From positions 254,165 through 318,164 of IMG/VR virus record IMGVR_UViG_3300042465_005589: DNA of 64,000 nucleotides; one strand, 5' to 3'. How positions within the stretch are numbered: the first letter of the stretch is position 1; each line of letters opens with the position of its first letter. The position numbers and the translations under genes are program-made. The notes under the pieces are model-generated. The model was not told the DNA's origin. It made no database searches and was given only the letters and a program-made list of their open reading frames with translations. Positions 38,597 to 49,468 of the stretch are shown piece by piece.

Positions 38597-41386
38597 TTAA
38601 TTAATATGTTCTTCCCAACCAGGTTCCGCTAACTCATAAATGTATTCAGAACTAACACCAACTCTATCCCAAAACTTTAATTCTAAGTCGGTTATTGTTA
38701 ACAAGTCCTCAATTGTGTCTTGGTCACCCTCTTTATTTGGAACCCCACCAATTAACTCACACTGAGTTTTAGTAAAGAATCCTCTTTCTTCAGGGTTAGC
38801 AATTAACAAACTTTCTCTTAATTCTTTATTGAAAACAATCAACAATGGTTCAACCTTTTTATTAAATGTTGAGATTGCTCTTGGAACATTATATTCTCCG
38901 GTCAAATCAGGATTATTTTCTATTTCAGTTTGGTCTAACATATAACAATTAAGTTGAATTGTTGAGGTAGATTTATCTTCGGGTTCTACACCATTTACTG
39001 ATGTAAACAAATCTAACGCTTTTTTAGTATAATTGTTTTTAGTAATTTTTTGAACATCCCCGTGAGACGCTTTAACCCCATTATTAACATAACTAATTAC
39101 ATCACCTAATGAAACTTTTAAATCGTGTTTGATGGCCAATTCCATATGAGCCATTCTACTCATTAACGAACCAGCTTTAGTTTTCATCCCACATCTTTTC
39201 TTATAATCTTCGACAGACAATTTAACTCTTGCTCTTTGAGCGATTTGTTTTAATGGTATTTGTTGGTCGTATATTCTTTGGTGATATTCAAAATACCATT
39301 CAACAAATTCCTGACCTTTTCCTTCCAATAATAATCTCACCCCTTTATCTAAAAACACCTCAATATACAGTGGCAATTTTTTAGACTTAATTGAATTTCC
39401 GGTTAATTTAATTTTACCGTTAGATTCCATTGTTGCGTAATTCTTTCTACTTAAATTAATACAAGAATCCCAAGTTCCATCACAATCTAACCCCATCTCA
39501 CCTTTCATAAACAAATCGTTGTATTCTGCGGTGTCTGCGTAATAACCTCTATATTCTTGACCCTCTTTAACTAACCAATTTAATCCTTTTCCAATATAAA
39601 CTCTATCTTCAACACCGCCTTCAGGTAAACTAAAGTTGACACCATCCGTATCAAGTACCAAAGGTGTATATCCTCTCTTAACAAAGTATTTCACCATCTG
39701 ACGAAGATATTGTCTTCCGGTACAAGTAATTCTTTCTCCACTATTCATTTCGCCCCACTCATAAACGTGTGGTGCCGATAATCCACCAAACATAGAGTTA
39801 ATAAAGATTTTTAATGGTAATTGTTTTCTATCATATGAAAGTGATTTTTTAGAATCAGTTGACTTATACTCAGACGCCAAGTTTTTATACATAATACGAG
39901 CGTTACGGAAATAAGTTAACATTCCTTTCATTCCACCCATAACATCACACTCAGGGAACACGTCGTGAACTAACTGAATAGATGGGTATAGGGAAGAGTA
40001 ATCGAGTTTTAGTACGTTGGTAGAGTAACCTACCTTAAGTAGTCTTGAAAGTCCTCCTACGAAGTCTGTCTTCTCTTCTTTTGCGGGAATAGCCAAATTG
40101 TTCTTGAATGACCAAGCTAACATAATCATTCTCCATAGAGTTGCGGTTCCCATAGTCGAAACTCTTTCATAGGTTGTTGGTACCATCGATGCTAAAAGAA
40201 ACGTTCCCTGATTGAATTCATCATCCACTGTTAACGTTTCCTCTAAATCGTCATCAAGATATCTCTCCACAACATTATCCCCTGTTACTTTAATATATTT
40301 TCCGGGAAATCTTGTGTCTAAGTTATTAAAGTCCGGATTGTCGGCTTTCTTATATTTTCCATTTTCAACATTTAACCAATACTCCTCTTTTTTAGCATAC
40401 ATTGGTCCAATTTCTAAGTGGTCAATATAAACTCGGTCGGGAGCTTCCGCTTTAATGTATTGAGTAATATATTTAAGACCTGCTGACTTAATACTTGAAT
40501 TAATCGCCTGAGCTCTACGAACGGAGTGAATAATATCTATAATGTTATAACCCCATAATTGAGTTTGTGAGAATCTCTCCACCTCATTAGCAAGTTTTAA
40601 CATACCATCCTTTTGAGATATAGGTCTTGCCGGGTTTAGTGATTTAGCAATCTTTTTGATGTCTAAGTTAAGAGCTTTACATCTCTCGAATATCCAAAAC
40701 CAGTCAAAGTTCGCTGAATTATATCCACCGATGATAGATGGTTTAAGTTCGTCAATAATGTTGAAGAACTCCACCAAACCTCTTCGTTCTTGGTCTTCGT
40801 CGGCACACTCAATAACTTTTTGATATCCTTTATTTGTTTTGATTCCAATCATAAATATACGACCATCTTTAGGTTCTAAAGCGGTCGTCTCCAAGTCAAA
40901 TCCGAGTCGGGTGATGTCGTTATACTCTTCATATCCTTTGAATAATCTTTTTTCTCTTGAAATAAGGAATTGTTCTACCGGTGGAAGTACCGTTAATTTA
41001 CCTTTTGTTTTTTCTCCCCACGGGTCTACACCACCATCTCTGAAGAATTGGATAAGTGAACGATACCCTTTCATTGACTTAACCATAAACTTAAGACCTT
41101 TTTCTAATCTCTCATTACCTTTGGTTTCTAATTTCTCAATGATGATACCATGTTTCTTCATCGCCTCTTTTTGTTGGTCTTTAGATTTTGAATAAAAATT
41201 CAAATCTCTTAAATCCCCAACCCAAGCAAATGCCGTAAATGTGTCTTTTTTGATTATCTTTCCCTGACCAGGGATTTCTTTAATTTTGTAGATAGCGTCT
41301 GACGCGTAATCATACTCGATAGCAACGATGTGCTCTTCAGGGTCATTCCCCTCAAGGAATGCTTTAATTTCTTCTTGTGTTACCAT
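38597..41386 (-). CDS. Family B DNA polymerase
   Basis: Exo I FDLET, Exo II YNSANFD, motif A LDYSSLYPS, motif B KIFINSMFG, motif C DTDG. Confidence 0.95.
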   Translation of the reverse strand: MVTQEEIKAFLEGNDPEEHIVAIEYDYASDAIYKIKEIPGQGKIIKKDTFTAFAWVGDLRDLNFYSKSKDQQKEAMKKHGIIIEKLETKGNERLEKGLKFMVKSMKGYRSLIQFFRDGGVDPWGEKTKGKLTVLPPVEQFLISREKRLFKGYEEYNDITRLGFDLETTALEPKDGRIFMIGIKTNKGYQKVIECADEDQERRGLVEFFNIIDELKPSIIGGYNSANFDWFWIFERCKALNLDIKKIAKSLNPARPISQKDGMLKLANEVERFSQTQLWGYNIIDIIHSVRRAQAINSSIKSAGLKYITQYIKAEAPDRVYIDHLEIGPMYAKKEEYWLNVENGKYKKADNPDFNNLDTRFPGKYIKVTGDNVVERYLDDDLEETLTVDDEFNQGTFLLASMVPTTYERVSTMGTATLWRMIMLAWSFKNNLAIPAKEEKTDFVGGLSRLLKVGYSTNVLKLDYSSLYPSIQLVHDVFPECDVMGGMKGMLTYFRNARIMYKNLASEYKSTDSKKSLSYDRKQLPLKIFINSMFGGLSAPHVYEWGEMNSGERITCTGRQYLRQMVKYFVKRGYTPLVLDTDGVNFSLPEGGVEDRVYIGKGLNWLVKEGQEYRGYYADTAEYNDLFMKGEMGLDCDGTWDSCINLSRKNYATMESNGKIKLTGNSIKSKKLPLYIEVFLDKGVRLLLEGKGQEFVEWYFEYHQRIYDQQIPLKQIAQRARVKLSVEDYKKRCGMKTKAGSLMSRMAHMELAIKHDLKVSLGDVISYVNNGVKASHGDVQKITKNNYTKKALDLFTSVNGVEPEDKSTSTIQLNCYMLDQTEIENNPDLTGEYNVPRAISTFNKKVEPLLIVFNKELRESLLIANPEERGFFTKTQCELIGGVPNKEGDQDTIEDLLTITDLELKFWDRVGVSSEYIYELAEPGWEEHIN

Positions 41387-41449
41387 AAATATATTTTTTA
41401 GAATGACATATTAGCACTGACTTTAAATCAGGTTTGTCTTGTTTCTATA

Positions 41450-41478
41450 AATATAAAAGATAATAATTAATAAATCAA
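41450..41478 (-). promoter_or_regulatory. Sigma70-type promoter overlapping the TATTTATA motif, upstream of DNA polymerase
   Basis: Minus strand TTGATT-N17-TATATT; TATTTATA at 41446-41453. Confidence 0.55.
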
Positions 41479-41485
41479 TTTTAGA

Positions 41486-42331
41486 TTAATGACATGGAAG
41501 TAAATTGTTAAAATTAACTATTCCGGTAATAACAGAATTAAACACTGAAATTATTTGATACCCATTTATTTGAGTAACATAATTACCATCGTTAATTAAT
41601 GATATGGTTTGCCCATTAGGGTCACTATAAATTGTTGCACCTATTTGTAGTGGAGTGTACATATAATAATTCTCACCACCAATTATATAAAAAGGAGGGG
41701 CCAATACATAATCTTCAACAATACATTTAATTAGTTGAGGACCATCAGCAATAAAATCAATAAATAAATGACCAATATCATCATAAATACCTGAACCCAT
41801 ATTAACTTCAGATAATACAGGAATTGTTGTTGTTGTAGTTGTAGTATGATTAATTGTGGTAGTAGTTGTCGTACAAGGACAACATTCTGTAGTTGTTGTT
41901 GTAGTATAAGGACCATTGATACAACAAGGGAATTCTGACACATAACAACTATCGTAAACTAAATCGTCTGCAATAAACGAATCTTGTACATTTATAAATA
42001 AATCTTCCCTAATTGGTAATATAAGAACTCCATCTGAATTTCTTAACATAAATTGACCAGCGTATCTACCAACTCTATTTGTATCTCTCGGAGTAAATTG
42101 ATAATATATATAATATTCAGGACCAGCATTTAAATCAACAAAAGTTTTTTCAACAAACCCCGCAGGTCTTGAACTTATTTTTGGAATACCGGTTTCTACG
42201 TCAACCATTGAGAAGAAAATGGCAGATTCTTCAATCATATCCATAAACTTATTATAGTCACTTCTTCCGTCTTTAACTACTTGTAATTTTAATACCGGTA
42301 AGGTTGCGTTTTTCTTTATAAAAAAATCCAT
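41486..42331 (-). CDS. Putative virion appendage protein (BppU-N-like domain, poly-Thr linker)
   Basis: MDFFIKKNATLPVLKL...YYQFT--DT---G-Y-GQF N-terminus; TTTTTTECCPCTTTTTTINHTTTTTTT linker. Confidence 0.55.
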   Translation of the reverse strand: MDFFIKKNATLPVLKLQVVKDGRSDYNKFMDMIEESAIFFSMVDVETGIPKISSRPAGFVEKTFVDLNAGPEYYIYYQFTPRDTNRVGRYAGQFMLRNSDGVLILPIREDLFINVQDSFIADDLVYDSCYVSEFPCCINGPYTTTTTTECCPCTTTTTTINHTTTTTTTIPVLSEVNMGSGIYDDIGHLFIDFIADGPQLIKCIVEDYVLAPPFYIIGGENYYMYTPLQIGATIYSDPNGQTISLINDGNYVTQINGYQIISVFNSVITGIVNFNNLLPCH

Positions 42332-42414
42332 CTATTGTTTTTATTTATAAATACTTTGATTTACAAAAATAAACAAATTAACTTTCTTTTCTTAAAAACT
42401 CATGATAAATATTT

Positions 42415-43518
42415 TTATAATATTGTTATGTCATCTAATTTACCCCAGTCAATTTCGCCATACCATTCATAAGTGTGGTATAATTCAAAATTAGGTTGTT
42501 TAATGTTAATTATGAAAAAACTATTTTTATTTGATTGAAATTTATGAATAAATTCCTCATCACCCATCTTAACTTTAAAAATATGGTCAAGAAACTGTTG
42601 GTCGGTTTCTTCCAATCCCCAATAAAATTCAACATTCAAAAATTTGTCAAATTTGTACATTTTAATATTTAATGGAATATTTTCCCCTTTAAATTGTACA
42701 AAATATTTTTTATTAAAAACTTCATCACCTTGAGACATTTCTATGTAATCTAAATAAGATTTGTAGGTATCTCTAACTGCCGGATAACTTACAAAATGTA
42801 AACATTCTACTTTAGAGATGTCTATATTTTGAAAATATGGTATTCTATGTTTTTCTTCGTCTAATGGGACGTATCTACCATCTTTTAAAAACATATGAGC
42901 ATATGCCGATTGTTCAATCCATGAAGGAAAATAATTCACACCTTTTCCAATGAGGTTAGTTAGGGCAAATTCAAGAGAATTTATATTATAATAATCTTCA
43001 GATGGTATATAAATAAGTCCGGTATTAACTTTTTCAGGAACTAACACTTCACTTTTAGGTTCATTAAAACAATATGAACTTTGACAATCTGGAAAATAAA
43101 ATGGTGTATTTGTATTTATTAAATTAATAACATTATCGGGTCTTCTAATAAAAAGAAGGTCGGTATCCATACCCAATATTTTTTTAGATTTAGAAAAAAA
43201 GAAATAATCAAAGGTTTTAATTTTATGCCATAAATTTATTGGGTTATTCCCAAGACGGTAACTCAAACAATTAGGATAATTCTTAATATATTGTTCAATT
43301 TCTTTATCAGCATCCGCTCGTTTAATTATTATTACATTTCTTATATCTGATAATAATTCAATATCCGAATCAGTTAAAGACCCGTCATCGTGAAGATAGA
43401 CCGGAAGAGATTTAAATTCTTCAAACTTCTGTAATGATTTAAAATTATTTATTGCTAATAATATATCTCTATTACATATTAGTGTGTGTATTTCTAATCC
43501 TTCAAAATTTTTATTCAT
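42415..43518 (-). CDS. GT-A fold glycosyltransferase with C-terminal accessory domain
   Basis: YLHDDG, DxD motif GMDTD, NTG and WIEQ motifs. Confidence 0.6.
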   Translation of the reverse strand: MNKNFEGLEIHTLICNRDILLAINNFKSLQKFEEFKSLPVYLHDDGSLTDSDIELLSDIRNVIIIKRADADKEIEQYIKNYPNCLSYRLGNNPINLWHKIKTFDYFFFSKSKKILGMDTDLLFIRRPDNVINLINTNTPFYFPDCQSSYCFNEPKSEVLVPEKVNTGLIYIPSEDYYNINSLEFALTNLIGKGVNYFPSWIEQSAYAHMFLKDGRYVPLDEEKHRIPYFQNIDISKVECLHFVSYPAVRDTYKSYLDYIEMSQGDEVFNKKYFVQFKGENIPLNIKMYKFDKFLNVEFYWGLEETDQQFLDHIFKVKMGDEEFIHKFQSNKNSFFIINIKQPNFELYHTYEWYGEIDWGKLDDITIL

Positions 43519-43541
43519 AATTAATTGTTTTTTGTATTATA

Positions 43542-44315
43542 TTATCCGGCGATATTCCATGGTTTAGTTCCATTAAGTTTCTCTTCATAATTTGAAATAA
43601 AAATTTCATTTATTTTTGAAGATAACGGACTAACACCATTACATGTTATCCCACTATTATAACTGGCAATTGACATAGACGAGCCTTCACCGGAACCAAT
43701 TGTTTCTAAATAGTTGTGACGAATATCAAACTCTTCAGTAAACACAGATAGGTCATCCCATATTTTAAAAAAATTTTCTTCAGTTCCTCTGTCTTTTTTA
43801 ATAATCCATTTACCTTCCAAATAGTGTTCTATATAATCTTCAGGATGACCTTCATGAAACACTTTTTTTAATTTAAAACCATTTTTTTCCGCAAAATCAA
43901 TACCTTCTTGACCATATTTAGTATTTCTTCTACCTTGTACTTCACAAGTACTAACATCGTCTGAACAATATGTGAACCCTATATTACCAAACGTTGCAAA
44001 AATATGTAGACCAGAGTTTATATCTGATAAAAAATCAATGTTATCAGTATCTTTAATAAAGACATCAGCATCTAAAAAAACTGCAGTGTCATAGTATTTT
44101 AAACATTCTTTCATCACCACTTTTTTTTCATGAAATGAAAAATATGGTTTAGTATATTCTATTACTGTTAACAAATTATTTGGTGTATAATGTTCCGGAG
44201 AATTAGTCATTACAAAAATATGATGTCCCATATCATTTATTTGTTTAATTAATGAATCTCCAAATGTTACATATTTTTCACCATATGTTAATGTACAAAA
44301 CGCAAAATTACTCAT
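43542..44315 (-). CDS. GT-A-like glycosyltransferase
   Basis: FLDADV DxD motif; start MSNF at 44315 gives an ATGA overlap; paralog of domain 2 of the upstream gene. Confidence 0.55.
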   Translation of the reverse strand: MSNFAFCTLTYGEKYVTFGDSLIKQINDMGHHIFVMTNSPEHYTPNNLLTVIEYTKPYFSFHEKKVVMKECLKYYDTAVFLDADVFIKDTDNIDFLSDINSGLHIFATFGNIGFTYCSDDVSTCEVQGRRNTKYGQEGIDFAEKNGFKLKKVFHEGHPEDYIEHYLEGKWIIKKDRGTEENFFKIWDDLSVFTEEFDIRHNYLETIGSGEGSSMSIASYNSGITCNGVSPLSSKINEIFISNYEEKLNGTKPWNIAG

Positions 44316-46042
44316 ATTTCCTCTATTAATGTCCAATCTTTATCCCCATACCAATCATAAGTGTGGTAAATTTTAATTTTATCTTTTTTATCAAAAAATA
44401 ACTCATTTGTTTTTTCACTATTAAAGTGATATACAACATCATTAATTTTAAACTCATGGTCTAAAAACTCAACATTATTTTTTAAATTCCAATTAAAATT
44501 TAAAACAAATAGATTATCATTTAATTCAAAAATTGAATAACTTAAATCTATCTTGTGTTCTTTAAATTGAATGTCTGATACCTTTTTTGAAATTAGTTTA
44601 CCCTCACTTAATTGTACTGTTTTTCTATCAGGAAAATTTTTAATATAATCACTAATAAACCCACCATAAAAGTTATATTTAATATCTTCACCAAGTTTAT
44701 TAGATATGTTGTGTGAATTAATTTTAAGTCCGCTTTTAGCTACACATAAACCAACAATATTACCCTCACCAACACCTATTTTATCCACCCCATTAATCAT
44801 TTCATGAGCATCTAAAGATGATGATAATTCTTTCCATGTATCTAAAAAAACTTTCCATTTATTTTCTTCTTTTGAAACAATTAAAACACCTTCTTGATAG
44901 TGATAAGCATCATTTATTGGGATATTTAATTTTTCGGATATACTTAACGCTAATTCACCATAACCCACAACCCTATTAGTAATGTCTTTACTTTCAAAAA
45001 AACCTCCGGAAGGTCTTGATATTAATCCCCAATCCCAAGATGGGTGAAATCCTGGTTTAATTATTCTAATTAAATTGGTGTAACAATTTTTATAATTTTT
45101 AAAAAATAATCTACAATCAGAATCAACATATACAACAGCATCTTCATATTTAAATCCCTCTTCAAAACAAATTAATTTATCATTATATGAGAATTTTTTA
45201 TTAGGATAATCTACTAATATAACATTATCTAAAGAATCATAGAATTCTTTTTGGTCTGTAACTATTAATATTTTTTGTTTAAAATAATTTAAATCAAAAG
45301 CCAATTTAACCGCGTTTTTATTAGCTGTTTCACCATGAGCAATAGTTGTAAAAATATAGTTTTGTTTTTTATAGTTTTTTTTACAACTATTATTTCCTTG
45401 TATATCTGTTGTAAAATCATTTTTAACTTTTACAATTCTTTCATTTGAAACATACACATTGAATTCAGATAATCTAATATATAATGCGGTATCAATTTGA
45501 TTATCTATATTAGTAAGTTTTTCGATTAATTTTTTTGCACCATTTGGGGATATTATTAAAGATGGTAAACACGTTACAATACCTTTAGGTATAGATAAGT
45601 TTTTACTAAATGGATGTTTTTCTACATCAGTATCACCATGACCTAAATAACAATAATCAAAATCATTAGGTAATTCAGATAAAATCATCTTTAATTTATC
45701 ATCAAATGAATTATCAATTTCCACATCATCTTCAAAAGTTATTGCAGGAGAATCTAATTCTGATATTTTTTGAAATAAATTAAGATAACTCATTAAAACC
45801 CCCAAACCACCTTGAGTCATTGATAATCCCCAAGCGGTTACTGTATCCATTAAAATATCTTGGATTGCATTTTCACTTAATATACCTTCTTTTAAAGTTC
45901 TTGGATTTATAGTAGACCCATCAACTGCGTCAAACCTTTGATAAATATTTTTTAAAATAGTACTTTTATTTAATTGATTTTCTATAAATAACTTCCTATC
46001 CGTTCTTTTTTCTAAATTAATATAAAAACAATGTTTTAGCAT
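44312..46042 (-). CDS. GT25-family glycosyltransferase fused to a second DxD domain and an accessory domain
   Basis: YINLEKRTDR, RFDAVDG, FEDD (GT25); YVDSD in domain 2. Confidence 0.75.
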   Translation of the reverse strand: MLKHCFYINLEKRTDRKLFIENQLNKSTILKNIYQRFDAVDGSTINPRTLKEGILSENAIQDILMDTVTAWGLSMTQGGLGVLMSYLNLFQKISELDSPAITFEDDVEIDNSFDDKLKMILSELPNDFDYCYLGHGDTDVEKHPFSKNLSIPKGIVTCLPSLIISPNGAKKLIEKLTNIDNQIDTALYIRLSEFNVYVSNERIVKVKNDFTTDIQGNNSCKKNYKKQNYIFTTIAHGETANKNAVKLAFDLNYFKQKILIVTDQKEFYDSLDNVILVDYPNKKFSYNDKLICFEEGFKYEDAVVYVDSDCRLFFKNYKNCYTNLIRIIKPGFHPSWDWGLISRPSGGFFESKDITNRVVGYGELALSISEKLNIPINDAYHYQEGVLIVSKEENKWKVFLDTWKELSSSLDAHEMINGVDKIGVGEGNIVGLCVAKSGLKINSHNISNKLGEDIKYNFYGGFISDYIKNFPDRKTVQLSEGKLISKKVSDIQFKEHKIDLSYSIFELNDNLFVLNFNWNLKNNVEFLDHEFKINDVVYHFNSEKTNELFFDKKDKIKIYHTYDWYGDKDWTLIEEI

Positions 46043-46048
46043 ACTTTA

Positions 46049-47296
46049 TTATAAATTACCGGTTATTCTATCACGCCAACCTTTTGACGTACTATATGGC
46101 CATACAACCCAATATTTTGGTTTTGATGTTGTTTGGAAATCTCTCCAAACTTTACAATATCCGTCATGGTCTTTCATCATAGCATTTATCTCATTAATAT
46201 CGGCATCTTTTCTATAAAGAGTTTCATCATTTTCATTATGAAATGCTACAACCCAAAATTCATAATCTTTTTCCGGTACTTGTTTAAATGAGATATCGAT
46301 ACAATGTTTGAAAATACTCGCAAAACTTGATAACCATTCTTCTTCCGTCTCATATATGGTAGGGTTTGGTGCGTATTTTTTATCTAAAGTATATTGTTGG
46401 ACAGCTCTATTTGAAAATTTAAGACCTGAATAAATTTCATAATCTTTTAATGTTCTTTCAGTTCCAAATCCATACTTACTAAAATCCATAGTAACTTCTT
46501 CACCGTCCATTCCAAAAAGCTGTCTATTCTTTTTGTGAGATAACTCATTCTTTTTACCCCACTCTTTATCATCATCCCATTGTTTGGTTCTACCCTTACG
46601 AGTATATTCGTGCCAAATAACGGTCTTATGTGGGTGGAATAAATCATATCCGTGAGTGAATGCTCTAACAGCAATTGATATTTCTTCCCCGTGAAAATAA
46701 AATTCAGGGTCGTGTTGAACCTCCACACTAAATTGACCTAATGTGAATGCCATGTGAGCAGAATAAAAACGAGAAGTGATTGGTTGTTTTAATTTTTCCC
46801 AACCAGGTATTGTTTCAGGTAAGAAGAATACCGCACCTTCAGGAATGAATCTATCAAAAGACATTCTCCACGGCTCTTTAACTCTACCTGCCGGGTCATT
46901 CTCGGGGTCAAATGATGAAACATACCCCGTTAACAAAGGTTTCTTAAATCCTTTCTTTTGAAGTTGTTTAATCATTTTGATTAAGGTAGTATCCCAATCT
47001 TTTTCAAATCTCATATGAGAATCTATTTGAAGTGTATACTCCTCACCATCATATAATTGTTGTACTTGATTTCTTGCCCAACAAACACCTTTAGCGTCGG
47101 AATACAAAACATCCTTAACTCTAAATCGTTTATCTTTTTTAAATTTTTCTAAATTATCAAACCCATCTTCAGGGTGATATTGACGACATATACCTATTCT
47201 TAAGTTTTTAGGTCTTTTAGCATTTTCAATCATGCTATCAAGTGTCGGGATAAGCTGGGGGTCACGATAGGAGGCTATCTGTACAAATATTTTCAT
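46049..47296 (-). CDS. GT60-like polypeptide N-acetylglucosaminyltransferase
   Basis: IFVQIASYRD, GVCWAR, LQIDSHMRF, FHGEEI, GYDLFHP...WHEY match the GT60 (Skp1/mucin GlcNAc transferase) pattern. Confidence 0.8.
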   Translation of the reverse strand: MKIFVQIASYRDPQLIPTLDSMIENAKRPKNLRIGICRQYHPEDGFDNLEKFKKDKRFRVKDVLYSDAKGVCWARNQVQQLYDGEEYTLQIDSHMRFEKDWDTTLIKMIKQLQKKGFKKPLLTGYVSSFDPENDPAGRVKEPWRMSFDRFIPEGAVFFLPETIPGWEKLKQPITSRFYSAHMAFTLGQFSVEVQHDPEFYFHGEEISIAVRAFTHGYDLFHPHKTVIWHEYTRKGRTKQWDDDKEWGKKNELSHKKNRQLFGMDGEEVTMDFSKYGFGTERTLKDYEIYSGLKFSNRAVQQYTLDKKYAPNPTIYETEEEWLSSFASIFKHCIDISFKQVPEKDYEFWVVAFHNENDETLYRKDADINEINAMMKDHDGYCKVWRDFQTTSKPKYWVVWPYSTSKGWRDRITGNL

Positions 47297-47435
47297 TTAT
47301 CTCTTGTTTTACACAAAAGATAATAATCTATAATCAAATATAAATAATATTATTTTAATAATTTATTAAGGGGATGAAACAAAAGTTGATGGATTTATTA
47401 ACCTAATTTTAAGATTATAAGTTTATTGATTTTAG

Positions 47436-49364
47436 TTAGTTTATAAAAGAAAGAAATTTTTTATTACTACTACTGTAAAGTACCCAAGAAGCACCATAGT
47501 TAGAAGATATTTGAGTTTGAAACGCAATTGTAGTTCCAAGCATATATTGTCCAGAATTAGATATATCTGTTTTGATAATAGAACTACCAAAAGTATTCGT
47601 AGTCCAACTAACACCAAAATTATTTGTGGTAATAACTCTATTATTAGTAGCACCTACTATTCCATATCTTCCATCATAACTTAACTTAAGGTCTTCATTA
47701 AAATCTTGACTAACAATACTCATTATTGACCAAGTTGCACCAAAATCAGTACTTCTGTAACTATTTCCAACTGCTGAAACTAACATCATATATAATCCAT
47801 TTCCTGATACTGCAACACCTTGAAAATTACTAGAATTTGCGGCTGATTGCGAAGGAAAAATATTTAATGTTATATTTGTAAAAGTTATTCCATAATTTGT
47901 AGATAGTAAAACATATTTTAATGAACTTGAATCATAACCTGCAATAATAACATATTGACCATCCCACGATACACTAGATTGGATAATTAATGTAAAAGCC
48001 ACAGGAAATGATGCAGGACTCCAACTTGTTCCAAAATCACCACTTCTTAAAAGAGTGCCTCCTGATTCAACATACATATATTGTCCATTTTTAGATATTG
48101 AAGTCTCCCCAATAAAACCAGAACCCACCCCAATAGGTGTTGAGTAAGAATTACCATAATCTGAAGATATCTTTACTTGTAAAGGAGAAGTTGCTCCTGC
48201 AGCCGCTATAGAGTATTGGTAATTATCGGAAGCATTTATTCCATAATTTGTAGTGACGCCAACAGACGTTAGTTGACTTATTTCAACAAGTGTATCATCA
48301 TATATTCTAAAAAATGGAGATGAATTAGATGTACCTAACATATCCCCTACTCCAAAAACAGGTGTAGGTATTGATGTTGGAGTAGGTGTTGGAGTCGCAG
48401 TTGAGGTTGGTGTTGCCGTTGGTGTAGGTGTAGATGTCGGAGTAGATGTCGGAGTTGATGTTGGCGTCGCAGTCGGTGTTGGTGTGGATGTCGGAGTAGA
48501 TGTTGGTGTTGATGTTGGTGTTGCCGTTGGAGTTGATGTTGGAGTCGCAGTTGGTGTAGGTGTAGGTGTTGGAGTCGCAGTTGGTGTTGCCGTTGGTGTA
48601 GGTGTTGGTGTAGGTGTAGGACAAGGATTTAAAATTTGACAAGTATTAATATCCGGTTGACTATTTAATAAAATGTATGAATACTGATTCGTTGAGGTTA
48701 TTGGTGATATTGATGTTACACAACCAACATATCCACTACTTTGAACATAATAAACCCCTGACAATGGAGAATAAGATGTAGGAATATTATAAACTATAAA
48801 AGTGTTTGATGGGTTACAACTATCTTGGAAATACCCCACAATAGGTGCTAATGTTTGTGTTGGAGTAGTTGTTGGTGTTGCAGTAGGTACTGGTGCACAA
48901 GTATTATCAACACACACCTCATTAATCAGAATGTTTACCCCCACATCAGCAGAAGGTAATCTACCGCAATAATATAAGGTAGTCCCTGATTGAATAACAC
49001 TGTTTAACACAACGTTATTACATTGGGTTAAACTAAAGTTTAAAGTTCCCGAAGTTGTATTTTCAAATGATATACAATTACAAACAACAACCATTGTTGG
49101 AGTCGGAGTTGGTGTTGTTGTTGGAGTTGGTGTTGGTGGTAATGGACAACTTTCTAATAAAAATTCTTCACACCCTATTGAATCAGTCACAACAACTAAA
49201 ACCTGACTAGCACCTTCTAATTGAGAAGGGATTGGAAGTTCTAATGTTGGAGGAACAGAAACAACACCGGTTGCAACCACATAACAATACGTTAATGTTA
49301 AATCACATATTGATATATCAAATGGTGAGTGTCCGTTTAAACTGGTTATTTCTATTACTTGCAT
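47436..49364 (-). CDS. Pro-Thr repeat virion-type protein with C-terminal Asp-box (BNR) beta-propeller
   Basis: Start MQVIEI at 49364 (motif at 49369-49376); three PT tracts; six S/T-x-D/N-(F/Y)-G-x-(S/T)-(W/F/Y) repeats. Confidence 0.7.
   Translation of the reverse strand: MQVIEITSLNGHSPFDISICDLTLTYCYVVATGVVSVPPTLELPIPSQLEGASQVLVVVTDSIGCEEFLLESCPLPPTPTPTTTPTPTPTMVVVCNCISFENTTSGTLNFSLTQCNNVVLNSVIQSGTTLYYCGRLPSADVGVNILINEVCVDNTCAPVPTATPTTTPTQTLAPIVGYFQDSCNPSNTFIVYNIPTSYSPLSGVYYVQSSGYVGCVTSISPITSTNQYSYILLNSQPDINTCQILNPCPTPTPTPTPTATPTATPTPTPTPTATPTSTPTATPTSTPTSTPTSTPTPTATPTSTPTSTPTSTPTPTATPTSTATPTPTPTSIPTPVFGVGDMLGTSNSSPFFRIYDDTLVEISQLTSVGVTTNYGINASDNYQYSIAAAGATSPLQVKISSDYGNSYSTPIGVGSGFIGETSISKNGQYMYVESGGTLLRSGDFGTSWSPASFPVAFTLIIQSSVSWDGQYVIIAGYDSSSLKYVLLSTNYGITFTNITLNIFPSQSAANSSNFQGVAVSGNGLYMMLVSAVGNSYRSTDFGATWSIMSIVSQDFNEDLKLSYDGRYGIVGATNNRVITTNNFGVSWTTNTFGSSIIKTDISNSGQYMLGTTIAFQTQISSNYGASWVLYSSSNKKFLSFIN
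48361..48620 (-). repeat. Pro-Thr(-Ser/Ala) coding repeat, ~86 aa
   Basis: [20 protein letters not shown]...PTSIPTP in the translation. Confidence 0.9.
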
Positions 49365-49468
49365 TACAATAAATATAGTTAGAATTATTTTACCATAAAT
49401 ACTTAACAATATTAAAGTTTACTATGGAACTTTATTAGTAATTTATTATTTTTATAATAAAAAAAAAT

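Noticed and set aside
646-41386. Inteins or introns in nrdA, helicases, recA or polymerase
   Set aside because: Lengths are normal, motifs contiguous, no C/S...HN-C/S/T splice signatures seen.
41401-41440. Small hairpin in the polymerase leader as a T4 gp43-type translational operator
   Set aside because: Only a 5-bp stem (CTGAT/GTCAG); insufficient without conservation data.
42356-42494. Plus-strand TTGATT-N17-TAACTT followed by a 30-codon antisense ORF at 42402
   Set aside because: Weak -10 in very AT-rich DNA and the ORF lies antisense to a GT gene; not distinguishable from chance.
47374-47406. Plus-strand 10-codon ORF MKQKLMDLLT in the intergenic gap
   Set aside because: Too short, no supporting promoter or similarity.
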